Shown in pieces: positions 61,801-64,000 of a DNA stretch of 64,000 nt. Under the pieces are notes generated by a model. That model was given only the letters and a program-made list of their open reading frames with translations. It had not been told where the DNA came from and searched no databases. This DNA comes from Lingula anatina (lineage: Eukaryota > Animalia > Brachiopoda). Positions within the stretch are counted from its first letter, which is position 1; the number at the start of each line of letters is the position of its first letter. Location: positions 2,418,001 to 2,482,000 of the forward strand of contig JBPQGU010000016.1 of the NCBI GenBank assembly GCA_051362555.1, read 5' to 3'. A program made the translations under genes and the position numbers.

Positions 61801-64000
61801 TTTTGGAAAAATTGGTGACGGGTCATTTTTGGGTGATTTTGAGAGATTTTCGTAAGGTCCGGATATGGCAGTTTTCTTCAATTTTGGCCAGGTAGGGATG
61901 AAAAATTTTTTTCTTCAATATTGTGTCAGGTAGGTGTGTTTGGTCATTTGTAGTGAGGGTAAAGTGCTGGAAGAGGGATTGTGTCATTATTTAGGAAGAA
62001 ATAGAGCAAAAACTCTCTCCACCCCCCCTCTCTCCAAATCCTGTTCTCAGGTGTGCTTTCTGGCAATCTTTAAAGCTGAAATTGGGGGCTTTAATGAAGT
62101 GACCCGGACGCGTTTCCACATTTTTTATGAATGTCAGGTGTGGTAAATTAATTTTCATCACTTTTTGGAAAAATTGGTGACGGGTCATTTTTGGGTGATT
62201 TTGAGAGATTTTCGTAAGGTCCGGATATGGCAGTTTTCTTCAATTTTGGCCAGGTAGGGATGAAAAATTTTTTTCTTCAATATTGTGTCAGGTAGGTGTG
62301 TTTGGTCATTTGTAGTGAGGGTAAAGTGCTGGAAGAGGGATTGTGTCATTATTTAGGAAGAAATAGAGCAAAAACTCTCTCCACCCCCCCTCTCTCCAAA
62401 TCCTGTTCTCAGGTGTGCTTTCTGGCAATCTTTAAAGCTGAAATTGGGGGCTTTAATGAAGTGACCCGGGCGCGTTTCCACATTTTTTATGAATGTCAGG
62501 TGTGGTAAATTAATTTTCATCACTTTTTGGAAAAATTGGTGACGGGTCATTTTTGGGTGATTTTGAGAGATTTTCGTAAGGTCCGGATATGGCAGTTTTC
62601 TTCAATTTTGGCCAGGTAGGGATGAAAAATTTTTTTCTTCAATATTGTGTCAGGTAGGTGTGTTTGGTCATTTGTAGTGAGGGTAAAGTGCTGGAAGAGG
62701 GATTGTGTCATTATTTAGGAAGAAATAGAGCAAAAACTCTCTCCACCCCCCCTCTCTCCAAATCCTGTTCTCAGGTGTGCTTTCTGGCAATCTTTAAAGC
62801 TGAAATTGGGGGCTTTAATGAAGTGACCCGGGCGCGTTTCCACATTTTTTATGAATGTCAGGTGTGGTAAATTAATTTTCATCACTTTTTGGAAAAATTG
62901 GTGACGGGTCATTTTTGGGTGATTTTGAGAGATTTTCGTAAGGTCCGGATATGGCAGTTTTCTTCAATTTTGGCCAGGTAGGGATGAAAAATTTTTTTCT
63001 TCAATATTGTGTCAGGTAGGTGTGTTTGGTCATTTGTAGTGAGGGTAAAGTGCTGGAAGAGGGATTGTGTCATTATTTAGGAAGAAATAGAGCAAAAACT
63101 CTCTCCACCCCCCCTCTCTCCAAATCCTGTTCTCAGGTGTGCTTTCTGGCAATCTTTAAAGCTGAAATTGGGGGCTTTAATGAAGTGACCCGGGCGCGTT
63201 TCCACATTTTTTATGAATGTCAGGTGTGGTAAATTAATTTTCATCACTTTTTGGAAAAATTGGTGACGGGTCATTTTTGGGTGATTTTGAGAGATTTTCG
63301 TAAGGTCCGGATATGGCAGTTTTCTTCAATTTTGGCCAGGTAGGGATGAAAAATTTTTTTCTTCAATATTGTGTCAGGTAGGTGTGTTTGGTCATTTGTA
63401 GTGAGGGTAAAGTGCTGGAAGAGGGATTGTGTCATTATTTAGGAAGAAATAGAGCAAAAACTCTCTCCACCCCCCCTCTCTCCAAATCCTGTTCTCAGGT
63501 GTGCTTTCTGGCAATCTTTAAAGCTGAAATTGGGGGCTTTAATGAAGTGACCCGGGCGCGTTTCCACATTTTTTATGAATGTCAGGTGTGGTAAATTAAT
63601 TTTCATCACTTTTTGGAAAAATTGGTGACGGGTCATTTTTGGGTGATTTTGAGAGATTTTCGTAAGGTCCGGATATGGCAGTTTTCTTCAATTTTGGCCA
63701 GGTAGGGATGAAAAATTTTTTTCTTCAATATTGTGTCAGGTAGGTGTGTTTGGTCATTTGTAGTGAGGGTAAAGTGCTGGAAGAGGGATTGTGTCATTAT
63801 TTAGGAAGAAATAGAGCAAAAACTCTCTCCACCCCCCCTCTCTCCAAATCCTGTTCTCAGGTGTGCTTTCTGGCAATCTTTAAAGCTGAAATTGGGGGCT
63901 TTAATGAAGTGACCCGGGCGCGTTTCCACATTTTTTATGAATGTCAGGTGTGGTAAATTAATTTTCATCACTTTTTGGAAAAATTGGTGACGGGTCATTT
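55874..64000. repeat. Array domain IV: homogeneous monomers fixed for GAAGAGGGATTG (T>G), preceded by a 26-bp duplication
   Basis: The T>G variant first appears at 56183 and is present in all 22 monomers from there to the window end. It removes a TGA and so creates the repeated + strand 70-aa ORF. Confidence 0.9.

Larger units (their letters stand above)
2668..64000. repeat. Tandem satellite array, 362-bp monomer, ~169 head-to-tail copies, continues beyond the window; putatively centromeric or pericentromeric
   Basis: The monomer GGGCTTTAATGAAGTGACCCGGGCGCG...AAAGCTGAAATTGG recurs every 362 bp (about 359-364 with indels, one 26-bp duplication), and the ORF track shows the same period. It is AT-rich with a single orientation and no interrupting elements seen. 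The centromeric role is inference. Confidence 0.98.

Noticed and set aside
56141-63956. Repeated plus-strand 70-aa ORF (MCLVICSEG...)
   Set aside because: It arises only because the T>G variant removes a TGA. It starts at GTG and there is no evidence of coding function.
2935-63998. More than 160 repeated minus-strand ORFs of 65-81 aa (MTRHQFFQKV...)
   Set aside because: These are by-products of the satellite. The C-terminus changes freely with C-run length, some copies are broken, and no domain is recognisable.
2668-64000. Possible tandem tRNA, 5S rRNA or snRNA gene array (the usual Dada targets)
   Set aside because: I could not recognise a cloverleaf, Pol III A/B/C boxes, or 5S, U1 or U6 sequence in the monomer. 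An Infernal/Rfam and tRNAscan-SE run would settle it.
2668-64000. CRISPR-like repeat-spacer array
   Set aside because: There are no unique spacers, the unit is 362 bp, the context is intron-containing eukaryotic DNA, and no cas genes are present.

Overview
Eukaryotic, most likely ray-finned fish-type, genomic DNA with two parts. (1) Positions 1-2667 hold the internal part of an intron-containing DDE transposase gene on the + strand. It resembles the Dada superfamily / DUF6729-type proteins, with a CxxC zinc-finger region, LKMDSTKK, YVDRDCC and RLDVWH. It can be rebuilt from GT-AG exons at about 84-236, 604-624, 1179-1643, 1791-2118 and 2279-2684 and carries three +1 frameshifts. (2) From 2668 to the end of the window there is a head-to-tail satellite array of about 169 monomers of 362 bp that looks centromeric or pericentromeric. 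The array cuts the transposase off in mid-exon, before the expected catalytic Glu, at a probable microhomology junction. The array is layered: a near-invariant block at the edge (2.7-21 kb), a 363-bp C8-tract block (21-33.5 kb), a more diverged block with nascent 2-, 4-, 6- and 8-monomer higher-order repeats (33.5-55.9 kb), and, after a 26-bp duplication scar, a homogeneous block fixed for a T>G variant (56-64 kb). The many repeated 65-81 aa ORFs are by-products of the repeat. Family assignments come from recalled motifs, not from database searches.
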